In this document: positions 45,222 through 54,555 of the stretch, one piece after another
Layout: every line of letters starts with the position of its first letter
Numbering within the stretch: position 1 is the first letter of the stretch
DNA from: Verrucomicrobiia bacterium
GTDB lineage: Bacteria; Verrucomicrobiota; Verrucomicrobiia; Limisphaerales; JADLHS01
Direction: 5' to 3'
Assembly (NCBI GenBank): GCA_026125285.1
Contig: JAHCLO010000023.1
Span: 41,855-105,854 of the forward strand
Length of the DNA stretch: 64,000 bases
Translations under genes and position numbers: made by a program
The notes under the pieces: model-generated
What the model was told of the DNA's origin: nothing
The model's database searches: none
Seen by the model: only the letters and a program-made list of their open reading frames with translations

Positions 45222-47891
45222 GTGAAATTGCCCATTCTCCTGGTCGCGACGCTGGCGCTAAACGTCGCGAGCGCACTTCACGCTGAAGAATCCACGCAGC
45301 AAATCGAGTGTCTTAAATCCAGCGCGTTCCTGGCACCGCCGGATTCGCCGGATCACCGGCAATACGTGCCGGATCGCGCCATCAACGTGTTGAACCTGGC
45401 CATTGACGTTACGCCAGACTTCACAAACCGCACCGTGACCGCCAAGACGACGATCAAGTTCAAACCCATCGCCATGCCGCTGCCGGAACTGGCACTTGAT
45501 GCTGTGGACTTGCGCGTCACTTCGCTGCAATCCAGCGAGACGTTGCTCGAATACCAGGTCACGGACGCGAAAATCATCGTGACGTTCGCGCAACCGATTC
45601 CGCCGGACAAAGAGGCGTGGGTGGCAGTGGAGCATCACGCCGAACCGGTCAAAGGTCTTTATTTCCGCACGCCGGAGATGGGTTACAAACCGGGCGACAC
45701 CCACCTCTTCACGCAGGGCGAGCCCATCGAAGCGCGGCACTGGTATCCGTGCCCGGACGCGCCGAATCAGAAGTTTACTTCCGAGATAACCTGTCGCGTG
45801 CCGGAAGGAATGACGGTGATCTCGAATGGCCGCAAAGTCTCGGAAGCGACCGACGCGGCAACCGGGCTGGTGACCGTCACGTGGCGGCAGGAAAAGCCGC
45901 ACGCGAATTATCTCATTTCTCTCTGCGCCGGTTACTTTGAAAAGCTGGAGGATCGTTATCGGGACATTCCGCTCGCGTTTTACACGCCGCCCTCGGACAT
46001 CAACGAAGCGATGAATTCCTTCCGCGACACCAAGGACATGCTGGCGTTCTTCGAGGAGGAAATCGGTGTGCCTTATCCGTGGCCGAAGTACGACCAGGTG
46101 GTGGTCAATGACTTCGTGGCGGGCGGCATGGAGAACACCAGCGCCACGACACTCACCGACCGCACGCTGTTCACGGACGCCACCGAGAATCTCCGCTCCA
46201 GCCAGGGACTCGTCGCACACGAACTCGCGCATCAATGGTTTGGCGACCTGGTGACATGCAAGGACTGGAGCAGTCTGTGGTTGAATGAAGGTTTCGCGAC
46301 CTATTACGCGCACCTGTATGACGGCCACAAGCATGGCCGCGATTTTCTGCTCTATGGGCTTTACAGCAGCGCCCGGGGAATCGTGAACCGGACCGATGCC
46401 CGCCCGATTGTCGAGCGCAAGTATGATCAGCCCACGGAAATGTTCAGCTACCTCGCCTACCAGAAAGGCGGCTGGGTGCTCCACATGCTCCGTTCGCAAC
46501 TCGGCGAAGACCTCTATCGCCGCTGCATCAAGACCTGGCTGGAGCGCCACGCGTACGGCTCAGTGGTGACCGAAGACCTGAACCGTGTAATCGAAGAACT
46601 CTCCGGGCGATCCTACGACCAGTTCTTCGATCAATGGGTTTATCACGGCGGTGTGCCGGATCTTGAGTCCACCTACGCCTGGGACGCCCGCACGAAACTC
46701 GCACGCGTTTCTCTCAAACAGAATCAGCGCCTGGGCGAAGGGGTGCTGCTGTTCAATTTCCCGCTGACCGTGCGGTTCAAAACCAAATCAGGTACGGAGA
46801 ACCACACCATCACCGTCAAACAAAAGTCCGAGGATTTTTATTTCCCTCTCGCCGAAGCGCCGATCATCGTGCGGATTGATCCCGAGTACACCCTGTTGGC
46901 CCGCGTGAAGTTCGATCCGCCCGCAGCCATGCTCGAGGCGCAATTGGAGGATCAAGCAGACGTCATTGGCCGGTTGCTCGCTGTCGAAGCATTGAGTCGG
47001 AAGCGCGACAAACAAGCGGTGACCAAACTCAAGCGCACGCTGAACCACGATCCCTTTTACGGCGTGCGCGTCGAGGCCGCGAAAGCGTTGCGAACGATCC
47101 ACAGCGACGAGGCGCTGGACGCGCTGCTGGCTGCGACAAAACAAACCGATGCGCGGGTGCGCCGCGAGGTGTTCGACGCCATTGGCGGGTTCTATCACGA
47201 GAAAGCGTATGCCGGCAAAACCGCCGGCCTGAAGGAAGAGAAGAACCCCGACATCCAGGCGGCCATCATCGAAGAATTGGGAGGCTATCCCCACGCTGAA
47301 ATGCGGGAGATTTTGGGGCAATCCTTGAACTCGACTTCCTACCGCAATGGCGTCGCCGATGCCGCGGTGCGCGCGCTGCGCCGCACTCACGATCCGACCT
47401 GGATTGAACCGCTGATGCAGAATCTCCGATCGCGCCAGGCGGATTACACCAGCCGCGGATTCGCCAGTGCATTGGACACGCTGGCCCTGCTCGCCCGCGA
47501 TGAAGCCGGCCAACGGGAGGAGGTGCGGGACTTTGTGGTGGGTTACGTGAACGACCCGCGCCGTCCGGTTCGCGTCGGCGCTTTGAACGCGTTGGGAACG
47601 CTGGAAGACCAACGCGCGGTGGCCGTCCTGCAAAAATTCAGTCTCGCGTCGGCCGGGAGTCCCGAGCACCGGGCCGCCACCAACGCCCTGCACCGCATCG
47701 CCAACGCCAAACGACCGGTGGAAGGTCTGGGCCACCTGCAAACCCAGGTGTTGGACCTGCAAAAGGAAAACCGTGAATTGCGCCAGAACTTCAAAACGCT
47801 GGAACAGAAACTGGACGCGCTGACGCCAACCTTGGCGCCGCCACGCAAACCTACACCGGCCCTTACCTCGCCGCGCGGCAGGGCGAAATGA
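45222..47891 (+). CDS. M1 family zinc aminopeptidase with C-terminal HEAT-like region
   Basis: GAMEN-type motif AGGMENTS. Zinc site HELAHQWFGDLVTCKDWSSLWLNEGFATY. Signal peptide from GTG 45222. Confidence 0.9.
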   Translation: MKLPILLVATLALNVASALHAEESTQQIECLKSSAFLAPPDSPDHRQYVPDRAINVLNLAIDVTPDFTNRTVTAKTTIKFKPIAMPLPELALDAVDLRVTSLQSSETLLEYQVTDAKIIVTFAQPIPPDKEAWVAVEHHAEPVKGLYFRTPEMGYKPGDTHLFTQGEPIEARHWYPCPDAPNQKFTSEITCRVPEGMTVISNGRKVSEATDAATGLVTVTWRQEKPHANYLISLCAGYFEKLEDRYRDIPLAFYTPPSDINEAMNSFRDTKDMLAFFEEEIGVPYPWPKYDQVVVNDFVAGGMENTSATTLTDRTLFTDATENLRSSQGLVAHELAHQWFGDLVTCKDWSSLWLNEGFATYYAHLYDGHKHGRDFLLYGLYSSARGIVNRTDARPIVERKYDQPTEMFSYLAYQKGGWVLHMLRSQLGEDLYRRCIKTWLERHAYGSVVTEDLNRVIEELSGRSYDQFFDQWVYHGGVPDLESTYAWDARTKLARVSLKQNQRLGEGVLLFNFPLTVRFKTKSGTENHTITVKQKSEDFYFPLAEAPIIVRIDPEYTLLARVKFDPPAAMLEAQLEDQADVIGRLLAVEALSRKRDKQAVTKLKRTLNHDPFYGVRVEAAKALRTIHSDEALDALLAATKQTDARVRREVFDAIGGFYHEKAYAGKTAGLKEEKNPDIQAAIIEELGGYPHAEMREILGQSLNSTSYRNGVADAAVRALRRTHDPTWIEPLMQNLRSRQADYTSRGFASALDTLALLARDEAGQREEVRDFVVGYVNDPRRPVRVGALNALGTLEDQRAVAVLQKFSLASAGSPEHRAATNALHRIANAKRPVEGLGHLQTQVLDLQKENRELRQNFKTLEQKLDALTPTLAPPRKPTPALTSPRGRAK

Positions 47892-48072
47892 GTCTCATAT
47901 CCAACCGCGAGAATGGCATGAAGCCGTCAGGCCAGAGGTATTGAAAGCCAATCAGCCGACAGCTTGTGGAAGTTCATTTGTCCGGCAATCTCTCGCCAGA
48001 CCAATCACGCCTAGCCACACGCCAAGCCAATCTTGCGTGAAAAGCGATTCGAACTTACATTCCGGCTGTCCT

Positions 48073-48402
48073 ATGAGCGCACTGGAAGCAGCTGAAGAAA
48101 TCTTTGCCAAACTCACGCGTGCAGAGAAAGCGCAGTTGCTGCGTTGGGCGGCAAGCGATCTGAGCGATGCTTTTCCCGGGATTGAGAGCCGCCCCGGCGT
48201 CTGCGGCGGCGAGCCTTGCATCGTCCGCACGCGCATTCCCGTGTGGGTACTGGAACAAGCGCGGCGGCTCGGCGTCTCCGAAGCCGAGTTGTTGAACTCC
48301 TATCCCACACTGCGCGCCGAAGACCTGGCGAACGCCTGGGCTTACGCCCGTTCGCACCGCGATGAGATAAGCCATCAGATCGAGCAAAACGAAGCGGACT
48401 GA
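48073..48402 (+). CDS. DUF433-type putative antitoxin
   Basis: From ATG 48073. The core PGVCGGEPCIVRTRIPVWVLEQARRLGVSEAELLNSYPTLRAEDLANAWAYA matches the DUF433 pattern. Confidence 0.8.
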   Translation: MSALEAAEEIFAKLTRAEKAQLLRWAASDLSDAFPGIESRPGVCGGEPCIVRTRIPVWVLEQARRLGVSEAELLNSYPTLRAEDLANAWAYARSHRDEISHQIEQNEAD

Positions 48403-48743
48403 TGGCGCGGTTTTATTCCAACGAGAACTTCCCGCTTCCCACCGTCGAGAGCCTTCGCGCGCTCGGCCATGATGTGCTGACCATCCAGGAAGCGGGCAAA
48501 GCCGATCAGGCATTGCCCGACGACAAAGTGCTCAAATTTGCCACTGCTGAGAACCGCATCCTGCTGACTTTGAATCGCCGCCACTTCATCCGCCTGCATC
48601 GGGAAAGCACCCAACACGCTGGCATCGTTGCCTGCACGGTTGACCCTGATTTTACGGGACAAGCAGAACGGATTCATACCGCCATAGCCGGGCGAGGCTT
48701 GCTGAATGGACAGTTGATCCGCGTAAACCGCCCCTCGAAGTAA
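48402..48743 (+). CDS. DUF5615-type PIN-like putative toxin
   Basis: MARFYSNENFPLPTVESLRALGHDVLTIQEAG...DDKVLKFATAENRILLTLNRRHF matches the DUF5615 / Mut7-C-like pattern. Its ATG shares one nucleotide with the upstream TGA (48400-48404). Confidence 0.75.
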   Translation: MARFYSNENFPLPTVESLRALGHDVLTIQEAGKADQALPDDKVLKFATAENRILLTLNRRHFIRLHRESTQHAGIVACTVDPDFTGQAERIHTAIAGRGLLNGQLIRVNRPSK

Positions 48744-48963
48744 GAACTCGCCTGCCGCAATTGCATCATTACGGCTTTGAACACTGGGGTTGAGTCATGT
48801 TGGACCTTTGAGTCCGGCCCGGACGACATTACGCAACTGGCACTAACCGCGTCCACCCTGCGCGACATACGCAAGCCGTCAATTCCGTCAATTCCGTCCT
48901 TGCCTGAACCCCGGTTGCTGGCATAAAACTCAACCGCAGGTTCAGTCAACGAAAGGGGCCGCT

Positions 48964-51552
48964 ATGGCAGTCAAAAAAAATGACACGGGCATCAAACGGA
49001 GGGAATTCCTCAAGCTCTCAGCTACCACCATCAGCGCACTTGGCGTTGCCGGGGTTGCGCCTCCTGCGGCGGCACAAATGGGCGGCGGTTCGGCCATCGG
49101 GTCATCCGCCCGGAATCGCCCGCGCGGCAAGTCCAAATACAACGCCACCTACGCCGGCGACCGCCTGAGTCGCGTCGCCTTTCCGATGGGCGGCATCGGC
49201 GCCGGCATGATTTGCCTGGAAGGCACCGGGGCGCTGTCGCATGTCTCGTTGCGTCACCGGCCCGAGGTGTTTCACGAGCCAGTCACTTTCGCGGGGTTAT
49301 GCGTGAAGGGCGAACCCAACGTGGCACGGGTGCTCGAAGGCCCGGTGCCGATCTGGAAGAAGTTCGGCCAGCCGGGCAGCGGCAATGGCGCGTCCGGCGC
49401 CGCGTTTGGCCTGCCGCGCTTTCGGAGCGCGGAATTTCACGCGCGGTTTCCGTTTGCCACAGTTGAACTGGCGGACAAGGACGTGCCGTTGAAAGTTGAC
49501 ATCACCGGCTGGAGCCCATTCGAGCCGGGCGATGCGGACAATGCCAGCCTGCCGGTGGCCGCACTGGAGTATCGGTTCACGAACCCCGGCAACCAACCGC
49601 GCGACGCCGTGTTCTCCTGGAGCGCCAGGAATTTCATGGCGTTCGGCAAGAATTCCAACGGCGTCAAGTTCGCACCGGGAGGCTTTATGTTGTGGTGTAC
49701 CGCCCCGCAGGAACGCGGCTGGGAAGAAGGTGCGTTCACCGTCACGGTGGATGATCCGGCCGTGAAAGTGAATCATGCGTGGTTCCGGGGTGGCTGGTTC
49801 GATTCCCTGACCATGGCGTGGAAGGACGTTGCGGAAGGCAACTGTTTCGACCGCCCGCCCGTCACCGAAGGCGGATCGTCGCCGGGCGCGACATTGTTCG
49901 TGCCGTTCACCCTGGCACCGCGCGCCTCCAAAACGATCGTGCTGCGGCTCGCGTGGCACGTGGGCGAAACCAGCCTCCGCCTGGGCCGCGACCCGGAGGC
50001 GAAACCCGGTCAGGAGACAGTGCCGGGCAACTACCAACCGTGGTATGCCGGACGCTTCGCCAACATCGGCGACGTGACCCACTACTGGCGGAATCATTAC
50101 GCCGACCTGCGCGAGAAATCCCAACGCTTCAGCGATTGTTTCCATGATTCCACGCTGCCGCCGGAAGTCATTGAAGCCGTCGCCGCGAACCTGACGATTC
50201 TCAAGTCTCCCACCGTCATGCGTCAGGCGGACGGAAAATTCTGGGGCTGGGAAGGTTGCTCGGATGGCGGCGGTTGCTGTCACGGCTCCTGCACGCACGT
50301 CTGGAATTATGCGCAGGCCATTCCGCATCTGTTTCCGGCGTTGGAGCGGACGCTGCGGGAGACGGAATTTGGCCCGTCACAGGACGAGCGCGGCCACCAG
50401 CAATTCCGCAGCGCGCTGCCGATCCGGCCTTTGATCCATGATTTCCACGCGGCGGCGGACGGCCAACTCGGCGGCATCATGAAGGTGCATCGCGAGTGGC
50501 GCATCAGCGGCGACACCGAATGGCTGCGGCGGCTTTGGCCCGCAGTGCAGACCAGTCTCAATTACTGCATCGAATCATGGGATCCGGGTCACAAAGGCTG
50601 GCTGGAGGAACCACATCACAACACCTATGACATCGAGTTCTGGGGACCGGACGGAATGTGTACGAGTTTCTATCTGGGCGCGCTGCAAGCGGCGACGCTC
50701 ATGGGTCAGGCGCTGGGCGACTCCGTCCCGCTTTACGCCGAGTTACTCGAAAAAGGTCTGCGGCGGATGGAAGGCGAGTTGTTCGACGGCGAATACTTCA
50801 TCCAAAAAGTCGAATGGAAGAACTTGCGCGCGCAGAATCCGCTGGAGGTCAAAAGCATGGTGGGCAATTACACGCCGGAAGCGCGCGCATTGCTCGAACA
50901 GGAAGGGCCGAAATATCAATACGGCTGCGGCTGTCTCGCCGACGGCGTGCTCGGATCGTGGCTGGCGCTGGTTTGCGGCGTCGGCCAGGTGCTGGATGCG
51001 CAGAAGATCACCAGCCACCTCAAGGCAATCCACCGATACAACCTCAAACACGACCTAACGGCGCATCCGAATCCGCAGCGGCCCAGTTACGCCTGCGGCG
51101 CCGAAGGGGGACTGCTGCTTTGCACCTGGCCCAAGGGCGGCGAACTGTCCCTGCCGTTTGTGTATTCCAACGAAGTCTGGACGGGTATCGAGTACCAGGT
51201 CGCGTCGCATCTGATGCTGATGGGCTGCGTGAACGAGGGTCTCGACATCGTGCGCGCCGCGCGCGACCGCTACGATGGCCGGGTGCGCAATCCGTTCAAC
51301 GAATACGAGTGCGGCCACTGGTACGCCCGGGCCATGTCGAGTTACGGGCTGCTGCAAGGATTGAGCGGCGCGTGGTACGATGCGGTGGACAAAGTCCTGT
51401 ATCTTCAGCCGAGTTTGAAGGGCGACTTCCGCAGCTTCCTTTCCACGGCTACGGGCTACGGCACGGTGGGCGTGAAACGCGGCAAACCGTTTCTGGAGGT
51501 GAAGGCGGGCAGCATCGAGCTGAAGGAAATCAAATTTGCCAAGCGGGGCTAG
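48964..51552 (+). CDS. GH116-like glycoside hydrolase (GBA2-type beta-glucosidase/glucosylceramidase family), TAT signal
   Basis: RREFLKLSATTISALGVAG signal. N-terminal domain motif FPMGGIGAGMICLEGTGALSHVSLRHRPEVF. Long (alpha/alpha)6-type C-terminal region (DUF608-like), as I remember the family. Confidence 0.8.
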   Translation: MAVKKNDTGIKRREFLKLSATTISALGVAGVAPPAAAQMGGGSAIGSSARNRPRGKSKYNATYAGDRLSRVAFPMGGIGAGMICLEGTGALSHVSLRHRPEVFHEPVTFAGLCVKGEPNVARVLEGPVPIWKKFGQPGSGNGASGAAFGLPRFRSAEFHARFPFATVELADKDVPLKVDITGWSPFEPGDADNASLPVAALEYRFTNPGNQPRDAVFSWSARNFMAFGKNSNGVKFAPGGFMLWCTAPQERGWEEGAFTVTVDDPAVKVNHAWFRGGWFDSLTMAWKDVAEGNCFDRPPVTEGGSSPGATLFVPFTLAPRASKTIVLRLAWHVGETSLRLGRDPEAKPGQETVPGNYQPWYAGRFANIGDVTHYWRNHYADLREKSQRFSDCFHDSTLPPEVIEAVAANLTILKSPTVMRQADGKFWGWEGCSDGGGCCHGSCTHVWNYAQAIPHLFPALERTLRETEFGPSQDERGHQQFRSALPIRPLIHDFHAAADGQLGGIMKVHREWRISGDTEWLRRLWPAVQTSLNYCIESWDPGHKGWLEEPHHNTYDIEFWGPDGMCTSFYLGALQAATLMGQALGDSVPLYAELLEKGLRRMEGELFDGEYFIQKVEWKNLRAQNPLEVKSMVGNYTPEARALLEQEGPKYQYGCGCLADGVLGSWLALVCGVGQVLDAQKITSHLKAIHRYNLKHDLTAHPNPQRPSYACGAEGGLLLCTWPKGGELSLPFVYSNEVWTGIEYQVASHLMLMGCVNEGLDIVRAARDRYDGRVRNPFNEYECGHWYARAMSSYGLLQGLSGAWYDAVDKVLYLQPSLKGDFRSFLSTATGYGTVGVKRGKPFLEVKAGSIELKEIKFAKRG

Positions 51553-51586
51553 ATTGCGATGGATGCAGGACGAGCCTCCTCGGTTT

Positions 51587-51719
51587 GTAGCGCAGGATTG
51601 CATCCTGCTGTATCGCGGATTTTCAACCCGCAACCGCCCGGCAGACTCAAGGCGTAGTTACATTTCGACAATCCGCCGAATGCAATTCGGCGATACGGCA
51701 GATTGACAATCTGCGCTAC
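51587..51719. repeat. 133-bp MITE-like element bounded by GTAGCGCAG / CTGCGCTAC
   Basis: Ends at 51587-51595 and 51711-51719 are reverse complements. Internal mini-hairpins: CAGGATTGCATCCTG, CCGAATGCAATTCGG, CAGATTGACAATCTG. Same family as 14928-15043. Confidence 0.8.
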
Positions 51720-51816
51720 ACCGCGCCCTCACTTGCGGCGGGACTGGCCAAACTGCCGCACCCCCGTTGCGCGAGCGTTGCTTGTCTCGCACGTTGAACT
51801 CCGCTATTTTGCGCGC

Positions 51817-53034
51817 GTGATTCACGACGCTTCGCTCGATGAGCTGCTGCAACGGGTGTGGGACGGCCAGCGCATTACACCGTCCGACGCGTTGCGGCTT
51901 TATCATCTCCCGTTGGAGGAACTGGGCGCGCTGGCGGATCGTCGCCGACAACTCGCCAAAGCGGACGCTTACGATGGACGTGGCAACGCGATCGTCACCT
52001 TCAACATTGACCGCAACGTCAACTACACCAACGTTTGCAATGTCTATTGCAAGTTCTGCGCGTTCTATCGCACCGAGAAGGATGACGACGCCTATGTCAT
52101 TTCCCTCGAAGAAATGGATCGCAAGATTGAAGAGACGGTGGCTCTCGGCGGCACGCAGATTTTGATGCAGGGCGGACATCACCCCAAGCTGACCAAACAG
52201 TGGTATCTGGATTTGCTTGCGCACATCAAAGCAAAGTTTCCGCAGGTGAACATTCACGGCTTCAGCCCGAGCGAATTCATTCATTTCCGCGACGTGTTCA
52301 ACGAACCGCTGTACAAGATCATCGGCGACTTCAAAGCCGCCGGGCTTGGTTCTATCCCCGGTGGCGGCGGGGAGATTCTCGTGGACCGAGTACGGCAACG
52401 CATCGCGCCGCTCAAAGCCATGAGCGACGACTGGCTCGAAGTCATGGACGTGGCGCATCGGCTCGGCTTGTATTCGAGCGCGACGATGATGTTCGGCCAC
52501 GTGGAAACGGTGGAGGATCGCATCGAGCATCTGGAACGGTTGCGGGCGCAGCAGGACAAGTCACTTGCGCACGCGAACGGAGCGCGGCTGTCCTCAGCCG
52601 CAGCGGCTCCAAGCGCAAGCCCCTCGTCTGAAGATTCCCGTCACCTTTCCGCCGGCGAAAGTGCTGCGGCTGGGACAGCCGCGCTCCAGGGCCATTTCAC
52701 GGCGTTCATCTGCTGGACGTTTCAAGCCGAGCACACCAAGCTCCGCGCGCCCACCGTTGGCGCGCACGACTATCTGCGCACCCAGGCGCTCGGCCGCATC
52801 TATCTCGATAACTTCGAGAACGTGCAAAGCTCGTGGGTCACGCAAGGACCGGACATTGGCCAGATCGCGCTCAAATTTGGCGCGAACGATCTCGGCAGCA
52901 TCATGATCGAGGAAAACGTCGTCTCGCAGGCCGGCACCACCTTCCGCATGACCGTGGCCGACATGCAACGGCTTATCACCGAACTGGGTTACAAGCCGCA
53001 TCAAAGAGACAATTGGTATCGCCTGGTGAATTGA
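51817..53034 (+). CDS. radical SAM enzyme of the futalosine menaquinone pathway (MqnE/MqnC family) carrying an about 40-aa low-complexity insertion
   Basis: Cluster motif NVNYTNVCNVYCKFCAFYR. GGGGEILVDRVRQRIAPLK, ATMMFGHVETVEDRIEHLERLRAQQD and FTAFICWTFQ. Start chosen at GTG 51817; the track ORF start at 51703 lies in a repeat. I cannot separate MqnE from MqnC by eye. Confidence 0.8.
   Translation: MIHDASLDELLQRVWDGQRITPSDALRLYHLPLEELGALADRRRQLAKADAYDGRGNAIVTFNIDRNVNYTNVCNVYCKFCAFYRTEKDDDAYVISLEEMDRKIEETVALGGTQILMQGGHHPKLTKQWYLDLLAHIKAKFPQVNIHGFSPSEFIHFRDVFNEPLYKIIGDFKAAGLGSIPGGGGEILVDRVRQRIAPLKAMSDDWLEVMDVAHRLGLYSSATMMFGHVETVEDRIEHLERLRAQQDKSLAHANGARLSSAAAAPSASPSSEDSRHLSAGESAAAGTAALQGHFTAFICWTFQAEHTKLRAPTVGAHDYLRTQALGRIYLDNFENVQSSWVTQGPDIGQIALKFGANDLGSIMIEENVVSQAGTTFRMTVADMQRLITELGYKPHQRDNWYRLVN
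52587..52679. repeat. 93-bp palindrome embedded in frame in the Mqn gene
   Basis: GCTGTCCTCAGCCGCAGC (52587-52604) pairs with GCTGCGGCTGGGACAGC (52663-52679), giving 17 bp with one bulged T. It encodes the low-complexity stretch LSSAAAAPSASPSSEDSRHLSAGESAAAGTA. Confidence 0.75.
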
Positions 53035-53267
53035 ATCTCGGGGATTGCTTGACGCCTGTTTCCATCGAGGTTCAACATCTCGTAGCATCCGATGTTGCCC
53101 AGCCCAAGCTTCCAGGAGACCACTGTGGACTCACTTCCGTTGCCACTGGCTGGAAAGAGACTCTGGACCAACAGGCTTCTTCTTTGCATCGCAGACCTTC
53201 GTGGAGGCGGAATGGCGTTCGCAAAATTGCTGTTCAACCCCTCGGTTTTTCCCGAACCTCCGCCGCC

Positions 53268-54413
53268 ATGTTTGAGTTGCTGAAGACGGATTCCCAAACC
53301 AAGGCGCGGCTGGGCCGGCTGACCACGGCGCACGGCGTGGTGGACACACCCGTGTACATGCCCGTGGGCACGCAAGGCAGCGTGAAGGCGCTCGATCCGC
53401 GTGAGCTGCTGGAGATGGGCACGCAGATCATTCTGGGCAACACCTATCATTTGAACATCCGGCCCGGGCTCGACATCATTCGCGCCGCCGGCGGGTTGCA
53501 CCGGTTCATCAATTGGCCGCAACCCATCCTCACCGACAGCGGCGGCTTTCAAGTCTTCAGCCTCGCCAAAATCCGTAAGATCAAGGCGCACGGCGTCGAG
53601 TTCCGCTCGCACCTGGACGGCTCGCCTCTCTTCCTCGGCCCGAAGGAGGCAATGGAAATCCAGTGCGTGCTCGGTTCGGACATTGCCATGGTGTTTGATG
53701 AATGTCCGCCGCACGATGCGCCCGCGAAGGAACAACGGCTGGCAGTCGAGCGCACGATCCGTTGGGCGCGCGAGTGCCGCGCGCAACCGCGCGCCGCCGG
53801 TCAGTTGGTCTTCGGAATTGTGCAGGGCGGCAGCAACGCCGCGTTGCGCGAGGAATGTGCCAGGGCGCTCGTGGGCTTGGAGTTTGACGGCTATGCGATC
53901 GGCGGGGTGAGCGTGGGCGAACCCGAACCCGAAATGCTCAAGGCCGTGGAATTAACCGAACCGCACTTGCCCACGCACAAAGCGCGCTATGCGATGGGCC
54001 TCGGCACGCCGGCACAAATGGTGGAACTGATCGCGCGCGGCGTGGACATGTTTGACTGCGTGCTGCCCACGCGCGTGGCCCGCAATGGCACCGCGTTCAC
54101 GTGCAAAGGCGCCTACGGCTTGAAGGGCGGCGCGTACAAGGCGGACTTCCGCCCCATCGAGGATGGTTGCGAATGTTTTGCCTGCCAGCACTTCACGCGC
54201 GCGTATTTGCGGCATCTGCTCAACGTGAACGAGATTCTGGGCCTGCGCATGTTGAGCGTTCACAACTCACACGTGTTTCTCAAGGTCATGGCGGACGTGC
54301 GCGCGGCGTTGGCAGCCGGAACCTTTGCCGATTTCCACCGCGAATTCATCGCGAACTATGTGCCCTCGCGCAAGGTGCTCTCCGCCCGGGCAACCGCGCA
54401 GTTGGAGCGATAG
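53268..54413 (+). CDS. tgt: tRNA-guanine transglycosylase (queuine tRNA-ribosyltransferase)
   Basis: MFELLKTDSQTKARLGRLTTAHGVVDTPVYMPVGTQGSVKAL, ILGNTYHL, ILTDSGGFQV, and zinc site CxCxxC...H (CECFACQHFTRAYLRHL). The track ORF start at 52833 overlaps the Mqn gene and is rejected. Confidence 0.95.
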   Translation: MFELLKTDSQTKARLGRLTTAHGVVDTPVYMPVGTQGSVKALDPRELLEMGTQIILGNTYHLNIRPGLDIIRAAGGLHRFINWPQPILTDSGGFQVFSLAKIRKIKAHGVEFRSHLDGSPLFLGPKEAMEIQCVLGSDIAMVFDECPPHDAPAKEQRLAVERTIRWARECRAQPRAAGQLVFGIVQGGSNAALREECARALVGLEFDGYAIGGVSVGEPEPEMLKAVELTEPHLPTHKARYAMGLGTPAQMVELIARGVDMFDCVLPTRVARNGTAFTCKGAYGLKGGAYKADFRPIEDGCECFACQHFTRAYLRHLLNVNEILGLRMLSVHNSHVFLKVMADVRAALAAGTFADFHREFIANYVPSRKVLSARATAQLER

Positions 54414-54555
54414 ACGTTGACCTTGGACGAAAGCCCGGAGCACGGCGGCTGGCCAAAGGGCGCCAAACGCTGCGATTGCCAGCCCCGTCCATCAGGGTTA
54501 CTTTACGGCGTCCAGATTGACGAAATTGACTCGCAACGCCACGCCTGAATCAACC

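Noticed and set aside
45258-46550. 430-aa minus ORF (and 46788..47762 minus)
   Set aside because: They are antisense to the M1 aminopeptidase gene, which carries GAMEN and HEXXH-E motifs on the + strand.
48850-48900. Direct repeat GTCAATTCCGTCAATTCCGTCC upstream of the GH116-like gene as a regulatory site
   Set aside because: There are only two short tandem units and no partner elsewhere in the window. It is too weak to call.
49297-50328. 343-aa minus ORF (and 50658..51590 +)
   Set aside because: These are alternative frames of the GH116-like gene and show no motifs.
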